Notes: generated by a model from the sequence alone, not told the origin. A DNA stretch of 64,000 bases from an uncultured Acidobacteriaceae bacterium (GCA_963782835.1 CAWALR010000027.1:75570-139569), one strand, 5' to 3'; shown: positions 47,524-57,879, counted from the first letter of the stretch. Program-made: numbers and translations.

Positions 47524-47566
47524 ACAATTGAGTTATTGAGAGATTCGATCAATACTCGATGAGTCA

Positions 47567-48508
47567 ATGATTCAATCCCTCAAGCTTGTCTTTTGCGGTA
47601 CGCCACACTTTGCGGTCCCCACGCTCGACCGACTGGTCGAGGCTGGATTCGAAGTCTCTCTCGTGGTTACGCAGCCGGATCGACCCAAAGGACGCGGGCT
47701 CGAGCTGGTCGCTTCTCCCGTGAAGCAGCGCGCCCTGCAATTAGAACTACCGATCACGCAGCCTGAAAAAATTAAGAACAACGAAGACTTCCGCAGTCGG
47801 CTCACGGATCTAAAACCCAATGCCATCATCGTGGTGGGCTACGGCCGCATCATTCCACAGTGGATGCTCGATCTCCCGCCGCTCGGCAACATCAACCTGC
47901 ACGCTTCGCTCTTGCCAAAATACCGTGGCGCCGCTCCCATTCAGTGGGCGATCGCGCAGGGGGAAGCCACCACCGGCGTCACTACGATGAAAATCGATAC
48001 GGGACTGGACACGGGAGACATTCTTTTGCAGGAAGAGATTTCGATTGCGCCCGCGGACACGGCGGAAACTCTGGCACCGAAGCTGGCAGCTGTGGGAGCA
48101 GATTTGATGATCACAACGCTGCAGGGTTTACAGGCCGGCACGGTTCATCCGCACCCCCAAGATCACTCCAAAGCCACGCTCGCTCCCATCTTGAAGAAAG
48201 AAGATGGGCTTATCGATTTCTCTCGTCCTGCAATCGGGATTCTGAACCGGCTCCGCGGCTTTCAACCGTGGCCGGGCGCGCACTCAAAATTTCGCGGCAA
48301 GAATTTACAAGTGTGGCAAGCGGCTTTATTCGATCGAGCACTGCTGTCGTCTGAATTGAAAGTGGAAGGCAATCGGCTATTGGTTGGGTGCGGCGAAGGT
48401 ACTGCGATCGAGCTTCTCGAGCTGCAAATCGAGGGCAAGAAGCGGACGCCCTCCGCTGACTTTATTCGCGGGTATCGTCCGTTGCCTGGAGAGAGGCTTG
48501 GCTCCTAA
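47567..48508 (+). CDS. fmt: Methionyl-tRNA formyltransferase
   Basis: Contains FCGTPHFAVPTL and NLHASLLPKYRGAAPIQWAI. Confidence 0.9.
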   Translation: MIQSLKLVFCGTPHFAVPTLDRLVEAGFEVSLVVTQPDRPKGRGLELVASPVKQRALQLELPITQPEKIKNNEDFRSRLTDLKPNAIIVVGYGRIIPQWMLDLPPLGNINLHASLLPKYRGAAPIQWAIAQGEATTGVTTMKIDTGLDTGDILLQEEISIAPADTAETLAPKLAAVGADLMITTLQGLQAGTVHPHPQDHSKATLAPILKKEDGLIDFSRPAIGILNRLRGFQPWPGAHSKFRGKNLQVWQAALFDRALLSSELKVEGNRLLVGCGEGTAIELLELQIEGKKRTPSADFIRGYRPLPGERLGS

Positions 48509-48558
48509 GCCCGACGAATTTCTGCTCAGCGCGTGCCGCTTCCGTCATACTGGCCACA

Positions 48559-49953
48559 GTGAGCTCGAAGACTCAACATGCGCGATCCGCGGTATCGCCC
48601 GCCCGTGCCGCCGCTTTCGACATCCTGCTTCGCGTCGAGCGCGAGTCTTCTTATGCGGCGGAATTGCTTCATTCGCGAAATTACTCCTCACTGACCACGA
48701 TCGATCACTCCCTGACTACCGAACTGGTCATGGGCGTCCTGCGCTGGAGATCGCTGCTTGATTCGGAAATCGCCGAAGCCTCTGCGCAGCCGCTCGCAAA
48801 ACTCGATCTAGAAATTCTTATCGCACTGCGGCTAGCTGTTTACCAATTCCGCTGGCTCAGCCGCGTGCCCGCCCGTGCCGCAATCAATGAGAGCGTGGAA
48901 CTGGTCAAACGCGCCCGCAAGCGTTCTGCTGCGCCGTTCGTCAACGCCGTGTTGCGCAAACTGGCAGCCGGATTTTCTCCCAATCTCGACGCTGGGCCGC
49001 CTGCCGTCCACGGCGACTCTCCCGAAACGCTCGCCGCCAGCAGCGCTCATCCTCTGTGGCTCGTCGAACGCTGGACGCAGTCCTACGGACTTGAAGCCGT
49101 GCGCGATATTTGTCGACAGGATCAGTCCGTACCGATGACGGCGATTCGGCTTCGCCATCCTGAAGCAGAAGAGCGACTCCAAAGCGAAGGAATCGAGTTG
49201 GCTCCCGGAGCGTTTCTCGCATCCGCCCGCCAAGTCCGGCACGGAGAAATTACGAAAACGTCCGCTTTCCGAGACGGCCTGTGTGTTATTCAGGACGAAG
49301 CTTCCCAACTCGTCGCAGCTCTTGTGGGGCAAGGTACACGTGTGCTCGATTGTTGTGCCGCGCCCGGCGGCAAGACTCTGGCCATCGCCGATGGTAATGT
49401 CGAAGCCGATGTCGTGGCCGTCGAGCTTCACCTGCATCGCGCTCGACTGCTGCAGAGGCTAGTTCGCGCGCACGACGCGAGCGTTCGGGCCGAGGTAAGC
49501 AACATCAACGTGGTCGCCGCAGATGCGCGGAATCTACCCTTTACGGGAACGTTCGATCGCGTGCTCGCCGATGTGCCTTGCTCGGGCACCGGCACTCTGT
49601 CCCGGAATCCAGAAATCAAATGGCGGCTTGTACCTGAAGATCTCGCTGACCTGCAGGTTCGCCAGTGCGCCCTTCTCGGCGCATCTATGGATCAAGTGGT
49701 TGCCAGAGGCCGCGTGATTTATTCCACCTGCTCACTGGAGCGGGAAGAGAACGAAGAGGTCGTCGAGCGCGCTCTGGCAGGAACTTCAGAATTTCGAGTC
49801 GTTGATTGCGGCGGACAGCTCGAGCGCCTTCAGCGACAACGAGAGCTCGTCTGGAGCAATGTTGCCTCGCTCACGCGCGGCCCATATCTCCGGACATTGC
49901 CTGGGGTTCACCCCTGCGATGGATTCTTCGCGGCGATCTTAGAGAAGATCTGA
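48559..49953 (+). CDS. rsmB: 16S rRNA (cytosine-C5)-methyltransferase RsmB/Sun
   Basis: A NusB-like N-terminal domain is followed by the SAM site DCCAAPGGKT, catalytic DVPCSGTG, and YSTCSLEREENE. Confidence 0.85.
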   Translation: MSSKTQHARSAVSPARAAAFDILLRVERESSYAAELLHSRNYSSLTTIDHSLTTELVMGVLRWRSLLDSEIAEASAQPLAKLDLEILIALRLAVYQFRWLSRVPARAAINESVELVKRARKRSAAPFVNAVLRKLAAGFSPNLDAGPPAVHGDSPETLAASSAHPLWLVERWTQSYGLEAVRDICRQDQSVPMTAIRLRHPEAEERLQSEGIELAPGAFLASARQVRHGEITKTSAFRDGLCVIQDEASQLVAALVGQGTRVLDCCAAPGGKTLAIADGNVEADVVAVELHLHRARLLQRLVRAHDASVRAEVSNINVVAADARNLPFTGTFDRVLADVPCSGTGTLSRNPEIKWRLVPEDLADLQVRQCALLGASMDQVVARGRVIYSTCSLEREENEEVVERALAGTSEFRVVDCGGQLERLQRQRELVWSNVASLTRGPYLRTLPGVHPCDGFFAAILEKI

Positions 49954-49987
49954 GTGTCTCGATCATCTGCTCGAACGTGAATCGTCG

Positions 49988-50749
49988 TCAGCGCACTTCA
50001 AAGGTCACCACCGCGCCTGCCAGTACTTTCTGCCCCGCTGGAGGATTCTGTACCACGATGATGCTGGCAGGCGTTGGTTGAGGCGGAGCGTTAAAAGTGG
50101 ACGGCGCTGGATTGTCCGCTGTCGTGATCGCCGGCGGCGGAGCAACGGCAACATTTCCCAGCTTAAAGCCTGCGTCCTGAAGCGTGCGGCTCGCGGTACC
50201 CAAGGGTTGTCCGACAAAAGTCGGCATCACATACGCCGGAGGATCGGCTGTCACCGTCACCAGCAAGCTCGTTTTAGGCGCCGCTACTTGACTGGCATTC
50301 GGCGGAGGGCTCTGGGCCAGCACTTGATCAGCAGGTATTCCCGGCAATTGCATCTCCGCCGTCGAGGCCAGGTCCAAGCCGCGCCGCCGGATATTCCATT
50401 CCGCCGCGCGCTCGCTCTGTTTTGTGACATCCGGAATTGCGACTCGCTGTGGTCCGAGGCTCTGCGCCACGCGCACCTGCCATCCCCGGCGTACCCTTGC
50501 ACCCGGCAGAGGCAGCTGTGACATGATTCGCCCCTCGGCAATTTGCGGACTGTAGTATTGGCGCTCGACTTCCAGTTGCAGTCCGAGGCCTGAAACCAAA
50601 TGCCCGGCGTCGACTGGCGAGAGCCCAACCAGCGCCGGCACTTCCACTTCTTGACCGTGAATCGCAAATCGCATTGCGGTCAACGCCGACCCCAGTGCCA
50701 CTAACACCAGGGTCAGCGCCAGAATCGCAAAGCGAAAGAAAGGCTTCAT
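49988..50749 (-). CDS. Membrane-anchored protein made only of PASTA repeats
   Basis: An N-terminal TM is followed by three PASTA-like repeats (VPALVGLS...; IPDVTKQSER...; MPTFVGQPLGTASRTLQDAGFKLG...). No kinase or transpeptidase domain is present. Confidence 0.65.
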   Translation of the reverse strand: MKPFFRFAILALTLVLVALGSALTAMRFAIHGQEVEVPALVGLSPVDAGHLVSGLGLQLEVERQYYSPQIAEGRIMSQLPLPGARVRRGWQVRVAQSLGPQRVAIPDVTKQSERAAEWNIRRRGLDLASTAEMQLPGIPADQVLAQSPPPNASQVAAPKTSLLVTVTADPPAYVMPTFVGQPLGTASRTLQDAGFKLGNVAVAPPPAITTADNPAPSTFNAPPQPTPASIIVVQNPPAGQKVLAGAVVTFEVR

Positions 50750-50788
50750 CGGAATTTCCTGATGGCTGGCTCCAACGTGTGAAGCCGT

Positions 50789-53014
50789 TTAATGTGTCTC
50801 ATCTGCCCCGGGCAAGGTATCCGGCGTATCTACTTTTTGCGCGCCGCCGCCTGGCATCTCCGGCGGCGGCTGGAACTGCCCAGGATCTTTTCCGGCCATG
50901 GCATCGGTCATAAAATTCATCCAAATCGGCAGGGCCGCATGCGCACCGGTTTCTTTGGCTCCCAAGGTTTTCTTTTCGTCAAAGCCCACCCAGACGCCGC
51001 AAGTCATGATCGGTGAAAATCCTACAAACCAGGCGTCCGTGAAGTCATTAGTCGTACCCGTTTTTCCGGCGACCGGGAAAGGCATTTTCGCTGCCGCAAC
51101 TCCGGTCCCATGCAGCACCACCTCGCGCAGCATCGCGGTCATGATTCTTGCGGTCCGCGCGCTGATTACATCTTTCACCTCTGGATAGTCCTCTTCCATT
51201 ACTCGACCTTCATAGTCAGTCACCTTAGTGATGTAGCGCGGAGTGACCCGCACGCCGTCGTTGGGAAAAACGCTGTATGCCGAAGTCTGTTCCATCAAAG
51301 TGATTTCCGCTGAACCGAGCGCGACCGGCAAATAGGGTGGAAGCTTGGCGGTGATTCCGAAACGCTCGGCAGTTTCAATCACACTCTTGATGCCAACCTT
51401 GCTGGCCAGCTTCAGGGCCGGGATATTCCGAGATTGCGCTAGAGCACGTCGCAGCGTGATGATGCCTTCAAATTTTTCATCGTAGTTATGCGGTGAATAA
51501 GGCCCGGATCCGGTGTCGAACGTGACCGGCTCATCCAAAATTGTATCGTCTGGACTTCCACCCTTGTCGATGACCGTCGTGTAGACGTAGGGTTTGAACG
51601 ATGATCCCACTTGCCGTAACGCTTGGGTCACGCGGTCGAATTTCGATTCGCTGAAGTCCCGTCCGCCGACCATGGCTTTGATTCCGCCCGTGGTGTTGTC
51701 AATCGCCACTAAGCCTCCCTGCGCACCAGAATCCTGTTCCAAACTCACGCGCGCCGCGCCATTGGGATTCAGCGAGATGATTCTTACGTAGCAGACGTCC
51801 CCGGTTCGCAACACGTCCTGGATCTTGCCCCGAGTCCAAGCTACGTCGGATTGTCCCATTGCGGCGGAGTAGCGCCCGAACTTCAACGTCGCGATTCCGA
51901 CTCCGGAGGAAGTCACGAGGGCGTGAATGTATCCATTCGCTTCCGGTTCGTCCTCCCAGTCGGGATGCTCGTACTTGTCGATCTCGTTTCCTTCGGCGGT
52001 AACGTTCTCGAGATGCCCTTTCCATCCGTGGCGGCGTTCGTAGGCGGCTAGTCCGTCCAGTACCGCCCGGTTCGCCGACTTCTGCATTTCGACATCTAGC
52101 GAGGTATAAACTTTCAATCCGCCTTCGTGCACCTGGTCGGCGCCATATTTGTTTTCCAGGTATCGCCGTATTTCTTCCACGAAATACGGAGCTAGCGAGT
52201 TGGGATCGTGCAGCAGATGCAGAGCCACTGGCGCTGAACGGGCGTCTGCCGCCTGAGCGGCTGTAATCTTTCCATCTTCGAGCATGGCGTTAATCACCAG
52301 GTTTCGCCGCTTCATCGCGCGATCGGGATGGTTGATCGGCGAATAGATTCCCGGTCCTTTAGGCAGACCCGCCAGCAGCGTGGCTTCGGTGAGCGTCAGT
52401 TTTCTGGCTGGCTTGCTGAAGTAAAACTCCGATGCCGCCTCAAAGCCGTATACGCCGTGCCCTAGAAAGATCTGATTAGCGTACAGGGTAAAAATTTGGG
52501 GTTTGGTGAAGCGCCGCTCAATCTGAATGGCGAGCATTGCCTCCTGCACTTTGCGGTGGAACGAGCGGTCGGGCGAAAGAAAAAGATTGCGCGCCAATTG
52601 CATGGTCAGGGTTGAGGCGCCCTGAACTCTGCCACGGGACTCGATATCGCGGTACGCCGCTCCAATAATGCGCCAGAAATTAATTCCGGAATGCCAGAAG
52701 AAATCTTTGTCTTCGATGGATACCAGCGCTTCCCGTAACACGGGCGGAAAATCGTCGTATCCAACCACGACTCTACGTTGCAGCGCAAACGATCCGATCA
52801 CGCGGTCGTGGTCGTCATACAATTCCGTGATCGAACTCGGCCGGTACGCTTCCAGTGCTTCGACTTGGGGTAAGTCCGTGGTGTAAACGAGCAGCAGTCC
52901 GGCGGTCGCTCCCACCAGAGCGGAAACAAGCATCAGCAGGCCAAATAATACGCGGCCCACAAACTTCCGTCCGGCAATTTCTACCGGCGGAAGATCTTCG
53001 TAAAGAGACTTCAT
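50789..53014 (-). CDS. Class A penicillin-binding protein (PBP1A-type glycosyltransferase/transpeptidase)
   Basis: Has the GT51 motif EDKDFFWHSGIN and transpeptidase motifs SSFKP, SRN and KTGTTND. Confidence 0.9.
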   Translation of the reverse strand: MKSLYEDLPPVEIAGRKFVGRVLFGLLMLVSALVGATAGLLLVYTTDLPQVEALEAYRPSSITELYDDHDRVIGSFALQRRVVVGYDDFPPVLREALVSIEDKDFFWHSGINFWRIIGAAYRDIESRGRVQGASTLTMQLARNLFLSPDRSFHRKVQEAMLAIQIERRFTKPQIFTLYANQIFLGHGVYGFEAASEFYFSKPARKLTLTEATLLAGLPKGPGIYSPINHPDRAMKRRNLVINAMLEDGKITAAQAADARSAPVALHLLHDPNSLAPYFVEEIRRYLENKYGADQVHEGGLKVYTSLDVEMQKSANRAVLDGLAAYERRHGWKGHLENVTAEGNEIDKYEHPDWEDEPEANGYIHALVTSSGVGIATLKFGRYSAAMGQSDVAWTRGKIQDVLRTGDVCYVRIISLNPNGAARVSLEQDSGAQGGLVAIDNTTGGIKAMVGGRDFSESKFDRVTQALRQVGSSFKPYVYTTVIDKGGSPDDTILDEPVTFDTGSGPYSPHNYDEKFEGIITLRRALAQSRNIPALKLASKVGIKSVIETAERFGITAKLPPYLPVALGSAEITLMEQTSAYSVFPNDGVRVTPRYITKVTDYEGRVMEEDYPEVKDVISARTARIMTAMLREVVLHGTGVAAAKMPFPVAGKTGTTNDFTDAWFVGFSPIMTCGVWVGFDEKKTLGAKETGAHAALPIWMNFMTDAMAGKDPGQFQPPPEMPGGGAQKVDTPDTLPGADETH

Positions 53015-53130
53015 GGCGAGATAGGTTCAGGATAGCAGGGCGTCAATAGCCCCGGTAGTCGCAAGGGCGAGACGGAAGTGATTCCTCCCGCGGATATAAA
53101 GATGGCTCGGGCTGCAAGAGTACCGCGGGC

Positions 53131-53162
53131 AAAAAGCAATCGCGCACCTTGCGGTGCGCGAT
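53131..53162 (-). terminator. Rho-independent terminator downstream of the S41 peptidase gene
   Basis: ATCGCGCACC-ttgc-GGTGCGCGAT forms a perfect 10-bp stem (53139-53162). On the minus strand it is followed by TTTTT (53131-53135). Confidence 0.75.
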
Positions 53163-53183
53163 GAACGTAAGAATCCAGAGGAG

Positions 53184-54398
53184 CTAGCTCGATCGGCTCT
53201 TCAACACTTCGACCGCCTTGTGCAGTTGATCATCCGGTGAATTCTTGGGTTTTTCATCTGGCTCGGTGGTGACCGGTTCCTGATCTTCGTCGTCTGAGAT
53301 CACGTTATCCGTATCGTCCGCCACCAGCACGTTGGGCGTCACCGATTTGTCCTGAATCGCGTTTCCACTCGGCGAATAGTATTTCGCCACGGAGAGGATC
53401 AGAGCCCCTCCATCCGGCAGATCAATCGTTTTCTGCACCGACCCGTCGCCAAAGGTCTTGTCGCCGACCACGTCGCCCCGAGCGTTCTCCAGAATTGCCG
53501 CCGCGACAATCTCAGCCGCCCCCGCTGTCCCTTTGTTTACTAGTACGGCAACAGGAAGCGAAGTCACAGCTTTGGCCGGATCCGCATTAAACGCCTCTCG
53601 CGGAAACTTCTGGCCTTGCAGATAGGTGATGGTTCCGTGGTTCAGAAAAAGATTCGCAGTGGCAACGCCTTCGCTTTCTTCTCCTTCAGAAGTGTTCCGT
53701 AAATCCAGGATCAGCTTCTTCGCACCGGATTTTTCCAAGGTCTTGATCCTCGCCGCAATCTCTTGCGCTTTGCCCTTGGTTAAGGCGTCCACTTTCACGT
53801 AGCCGATGCCATCTTCTAGCATCTTGTCCGTGACCGGAGGAATGCTGACCACGTCGCGGGTGATCACCATCTTCTGCGGCTCCGCTTTGCGGGCGCGAAC
53901 CACTGACAGATTTACTGTCGAGCCCGGCGTGCCGGCGAGCGCATCGCGAATCTCCGGCAGCGACATGTCGCGCGTGCTCTGCCCTTCGATCGATTCGAAG
54001 ATGTCCGTCGCTTCGATTCCGGCCTTATCCGCTGGCGACCCCGGCAGCACGGAAACCACGTCTGCGTAACCAAAGCGCTTCGACACCGTCGCCCCGATTT
54101 CTCCCTTGGCTTCTGACTTGTGAGCTTTCAGGGCCTTGTAGGCCTCGGGCGTGAGATAGCTGGAGTTCGCATCCAGAGATTCCACCAGCCCATGCAATGC
54201 TCCGTCCGTCACTTTGGGAATGTTCGGATCTTCCACGTACTCGCTTTGTACGCGCGACAGTACCTCGCTGTAGACCTGCATTTGCCGGTAAGAACCGTCA
54301 TTCGAGGAGGCATGCACGCCGCCCAGGGAACCGACGACTACAAACAACAACACGGTAAACGACGACAGCAGAATCGCAGCTTTAGTTTTCATGGACAT
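53184..54398 (-). CDS. S41-family carboxyl-terminal processing peptidase with PDZ domain
   Basis: Has a signal anchor, a PDZ-like segment (VVSVLPGSPADKAGI) and an S41 core (VAVLVNKGTAGAAEIVAAAI). Confidence 0.8.
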   Translation of the reverse strand: MSMKTKAAILLSSFTVLLFVVVGSLGGVHASSNDGSYRQMQVYSEVLSRVQSEYVEDPNIPKVTDGALHGLVESLDANSSYLTPEAYKALKAHKSEAKGEIGATVSKRFGYADVVSVLPGSPADKAGIEATDIFESIEGQSTRDMSLPEIRDALAGTPGSTVNLSVVRARKAEPQKMVITRDVVSIPPVTDKMLEDGIGYVKVDALTKGKAQEIAARIKTLEKSGAKKLILDLRNTSEGEESEGVATANLFLNHGTITYLQGQKFPREAFNADPAKAVTSLPVAVLVNKGTAGAAEIVAAAILENARGDVVGDKTFGDGSVQKTIDLPDGGALILSVAKYYSPSGNAIQDKSVTPNVLVADDTDNVISDDEDQEPVTTEPDEKPKNSPDDQLHKAVEVLKSRSS

Positions 54399-54574
54399 CG
54401 AATTTTTTCGTTTCTGGAGAAGGAGTTACTTCTGACCAACCTGCTCCCATTATATCTGGTAGATGCCGTTTTTCGACGGCTGGCTGCCCTTATTCCTTTT
54501 GGCGTGGTACCTTCCCAGAAACCAGCTCCCCTCTGGGGATGAGACGATCCGCGCGGGAACTTGTTACCAGCGGC

Positions 54575-56527
54575 CTACGCCGGCGGCTTGAAATTCAGCG
54601 TGATCGAACTCTTCACAGAAACGGCCCGGCCATTAAAGGAATAAGGTTTGAAGCGCCACTGTTTCACGGCGTCGATGGCCGCCTTCGCGAACACCAGCGA
54701 TCCTTGCAGAAATTTGGCATCCTGTACCGTGCCGTCACGTCCGATGAGCACTTGCAAAACCACGCTGCCAACCTGCTTGCCCGGCCTTGCCGCGTCTGGA
54801 TATTCGGGGTCAACCTTCTGTGCCAGAAGATCCCACGCTGCGGATTCCGGCAGGTTTACTGGCTCAATCGATGACATTGCCGCCTCCACCGGCTTTGCCC
54901 CACTGGCTTCCGGCGTCATGGAGGCGATCTGCGACCGTAGACTTGAAGGAATCGCTGAATTACTCCCCGCTGAAAGGGGATGTGGTGGCGCGGAAATCGG
55001 CACGGGAGTCGAGTTGACGTGCACGGTTGGTTGAGGAGTGGCCGGCAGGACGGGAGCAGAATTTGGTTGCGACTGAACCGGCGGAACAATGCTGCTGGGC
55101 GGTGCGACTGCCGCACCCGCCGATGCGGTTTCAGTGCTCGCCGTTTGTCCCTGGATGGGACTCTCCACAGCCTGCACTTGCCCGTTCTCGGCGGGTCCAA
55201 CCTGAGGTTGATCCGTGGGGGCGTTCCCGTTCTCGCCTGCAACCGCTTGCGCGCTGTTCGAATCGTTTGCCTTTGCCGGCTTCGCAGTCGGGTCAATCAC
55301 TGGAAGCACACGAATCTGTGAGGGATCCGTGGTCGCGTCCGGTATGTTCGCCGCGACTGGAAGCTTGTATTCATCACCCGCCGCACCAAAGCTTTCGTGC
55401 TGCGGTGCCGCCTGCGGTACCGGTGCAGGCGGTGGATTCAGCCAACTCCCCCCCGCGCGTAAAGCACTGCGATAGACGATTCGCAAGCCTTGGCGTGTTC
55501 GGGGCACGGCCACAACACCCACACAGACGGCCGCCACCAGGCTCACCAAAATAAGTTTCGCTAGCCTCGGGCTGACCTGATGAGCTGGCTCGGTCTCTTC
55601 CTCGGGTTCGCCCGCAATATAGGCGAAAAGTGCAGCTTCGTGACGCGCTTCCCTTTGCGCCTGCTCGGTCGGCGGATTTTTGTCCTCTGGCGGAGCCGCC
55701 GACGGCCCTCCGAAGGATGGAGTTTCTCCGTACGAAAGCAACTCGTTTTTCGGGGAAGCGTCTGCGGGCGGGGGTGGTGCGAATCTCGTCAGCCGTTCCT
55801 GCAGTGAAGCCCAACCCGTGAGTGCCGTTTGAGGATCGGCCGGCTCTGCTGCCGGAGATTCCACTACGGCAGAGGCCATTGGTTCAAGCTCGGTGAGAGC
55901 GTCTACTTCCGCGGCTGCGGCTTGGTCCAGCGATTTCTGAACATCACATTCCGTGTCGAATTGCGTCCCGGGCGCTGTGGTGGCCGATTGCAGAAATTCT
56001 CCCGCTCGAAATGCTTTCTCCGGTGCCTGGCTCACCGATGCTGGCGAAGAAGATGCTGGCGACGAAGCGGATGCCGCCCCGGCGGACGCAGTCATTGCGG
56101 CGGCTGACGGCACTTGCGGTGCACTTGACGTCGCGGCTGGAGGCGGTGCGGAGGCGGGCATCTTTGCGCGAAGCAACTCGCACGCCGTGCTCAACGTGTC
56201 CCGGACCTGCTCTGGGCGAATCGGTTTCAATAAAACCGAATTGGCTCCCGCCTGTAGCGCCTCGGGCCTGGCATCATCTGTCACGATGGCCAAAGTCAGC
56301 GGACGCTGTGCCGCCCTCTGGTCTCTCGCCGTCTTCAGCAGGAAGGTCGCCTCCGGCTGATCCCCCCAATCTGTGATCACGATTTGGAATAACTGAGTTG
56401 TAACTCTCTCGACCGCATCTACGGCATTGCGGCAGTATTCTCCCTCGATCCCGAGATCAGTCAGAACCTGCCAGATCGGCTGGACCATCTCCTCATTGGA
56501 CGAAAATAAGAGACAGCGTAAGGGCAT
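54575..56527 (-). CDS. Receiver-like domain - low-complexity linker - TM - Pro/Ala-rich spacer - TonB C-terminal domain fusion protein
   Basis: The N-terminus is REC-like (RCLLFSSNEE, QIVITDWGD, LTLAIVTD, VLLKPI). There is one TM (LILVSLVAAVCVGVVAV) and a C-terminal TonB domain (PEYPDAARPGKQVGSVVLQVLIGRDGTVQDAKFL...AIDAVKQWRFKPY). The start is either 56527 (MPLRC) or 56581. Confidence 0.7.
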   Translation of the reverse strand: MPLRCLLFSSNEEMVQPIWQVLTDLGIEGEYCRNAVDAVERVTTQLFQIVITDWGDQPEATFLLKTARDQRAAQRPLTLAIVTDDARPEALQAGANSVLLKPIRPEQVRDTLSTACELLRAKMPASAPPPAATSSAPQVPSAAAMTASAGAASASSPASSSPASVSQAPEKAFRAGEFLQSATTAPGTQFDTECDVQKSLDQAAAAEVDALTELEPMASAVVESPAAEPADPQTALTGWASLQERLTRFAPPPPADASPKNELLSYGETPSFGGPSAAPPEDKNPPTEQAQREARHEAALFAYIAGEPEEETEPAHQVSPRLAKLILVSLVAAVCVGVVAVPRTRQGLRIVYRSALRAGGSWLNPPPAPVPQAAPQHESFGAAGDEYKLPVAANIPDATTDPSQIRVLPVIDPTAKPAKANDSNSAQAVAGENGNAPTDQPQVGPAENGQVQAVESPIQGQTASTETASAGAAVAPPSSIVPPVQSQPNSAPVLPATPQPTVHVNSTPVPISAPPHPLSAGSNSAIPSSLRSQIASMTPEASGAKPVEAAMSSIEPVNLPESAAWDLLAQKVDPEYPDAARPGKQVGSVVLQVLIGRDGTVQDAKFLQGSLVFAKAAIDAVKQWRFKPYSFNGRAVSVKSSITLNFKPPA

Positions 56528-56721
56528 CCTAATCCAGACTAAGCAGCCCGGGTAACCTCGGCAAGTTACCGAGGTGGTCAATGATCGGGGATGGATTCGC
56601 TAGCAGTACATGTACATCCGGGGCGTGAGAGAGCCTCAGATTGTCTATCTATCTGAAAAGAATGCAGGTAAACGCAACCGGGTGCGCTAGAATGCTGGGT
56701 CGTTCCGGATCGGCAGATCAC

Positions 56722-57879
56722 ATGCAAATCGCGGATGTTGTTATCGTCGGTGCAGGAATCGTCGGCTCCAGCATTGCCTATTACCTTACGGCGAATGGCT
56801 GCCGCAACGTTCTGGTCATCGAGCGCGAATCGGCCCTGGGCAAGGGATCCACTGGTAAGAGCATGGGCGGGGTGCGCGCTCAGTTTTCTACTCCAGTCAG
56901 CATTCAGATGTCGCTGTACTCGATTCCTTTTTACGCCGAGTTCGAAGGGCGCGTGGGCTATCCCTGTAACTACCGGCCGCAAGGCTACCTGTTTTGTGCT
57001 ACGTCGGATAAACAGATGGCTTATTTGCGGACGAATCACGCCCAGCAGGTGAAGCTGGGTTTGAAAGACGCTCGGCTAATTACTGGGGATGAGATCCAGC
57101 ACATGTTTCCGCAGCTGCGCGCGGATGACATTATCGGCGGGAGTTTCTGTTCGACGGACGGATTCGTCGATCCGTACAGCACGATGAACGGATTCATGAC
57201 TTGGGCGGCCGACCACGGCGCAACGTTATGGAAGAACACCCCGGTAACGGGATTCGCGCGGGATGCTACTGGCATTACATCCGTTGAAACCACTCGCGGC
57301 TTCGTGGCCACTCGTCGCATTGTAAATTGCGCCGGCGCTTGGGCTGCTGGCGTGGCAAAGCTCGCAGGAGTGGATTTGCCCGTTGAACCGTTGCGCCGGA
57401 TGCTTGTTCCCAGTGAACCCTTTGACGAATTTCCTCACACCGCGCCCATGATCGTCGACATGTCGAATGGATTTCACTTTCGTCCTGAGGCTCGCGGCTT
57501 CCTTCTTGCCTGGAACGATCCCGAAGAGATTTCCGGCTTCAAAATGGATTTCGACGCGGGCTTTGTCGAGAAGATACTTACCCGCGCCGCCGACCGTGTG
57601 CCTTGCTTCGCCAATCTTCCAGTAAATCCGAAGCGCGCCTGGGCTGGCCTCTACGAGATGACACCGGACCATCATCCAATTTTGGGCGAGGCGCCCAATG
57701 TACCCGGCTTCTATCTCGCCAACGGTTTTAGTGGACATGGGGTAATGCACGCTCCGGCGACCGGAAAAATCCTCAGCGATCTCATTCTCACGGGAAAGAC
57801 GGAGTTGGTCGATGCGTCGTTGTTAAGTCTCACCCGCTTCGCCGAAGGCCGTCTGATTCACGAAACGGCGGTCTTGTAA
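56722..57879 (+). CDS. FAD-dependent oxidoreductase (DAO/sarcosine-oxidase-beta-like)
   Basis: Rossmann motif DVVIVGAGIVGSSIAYYL and C-terminal GFSGHGVMHAPATG. Confidence 0.75.
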   Translation: MQIADVVIVGAGIVGSSIAYYLTANGCRNVLVIERESALGKGSTGKSMGGVRAQFSTPVSIQMSLYSIPFYAEFEGRVGYPCNYRPQGYLFCATSDKQMAYLRTNHAQQVKLGLKDARLITGDEIQHMFPQLRADDIIGGSFCSTDGFVDPYSTMNGFMTWAADHGATLWKNTPVTGFARDATGITSVETTRGFVATRRIVNCAGAWAAGVAKLAGVDLPVEPLRRMLVPSEPFDEFPHTAPMIVDMSNGFHFRPEARGFLLAWNDPEEISGFKMDFDAGFVEKILTRAADRVPCFANLPVNPKRAWAGLYEMTPDHHPILGEAPNVPGFYLANGFSGHGVMHAPATGKILSDLILTGKTELVDASLLSLTRFAEGRLIHETAVL

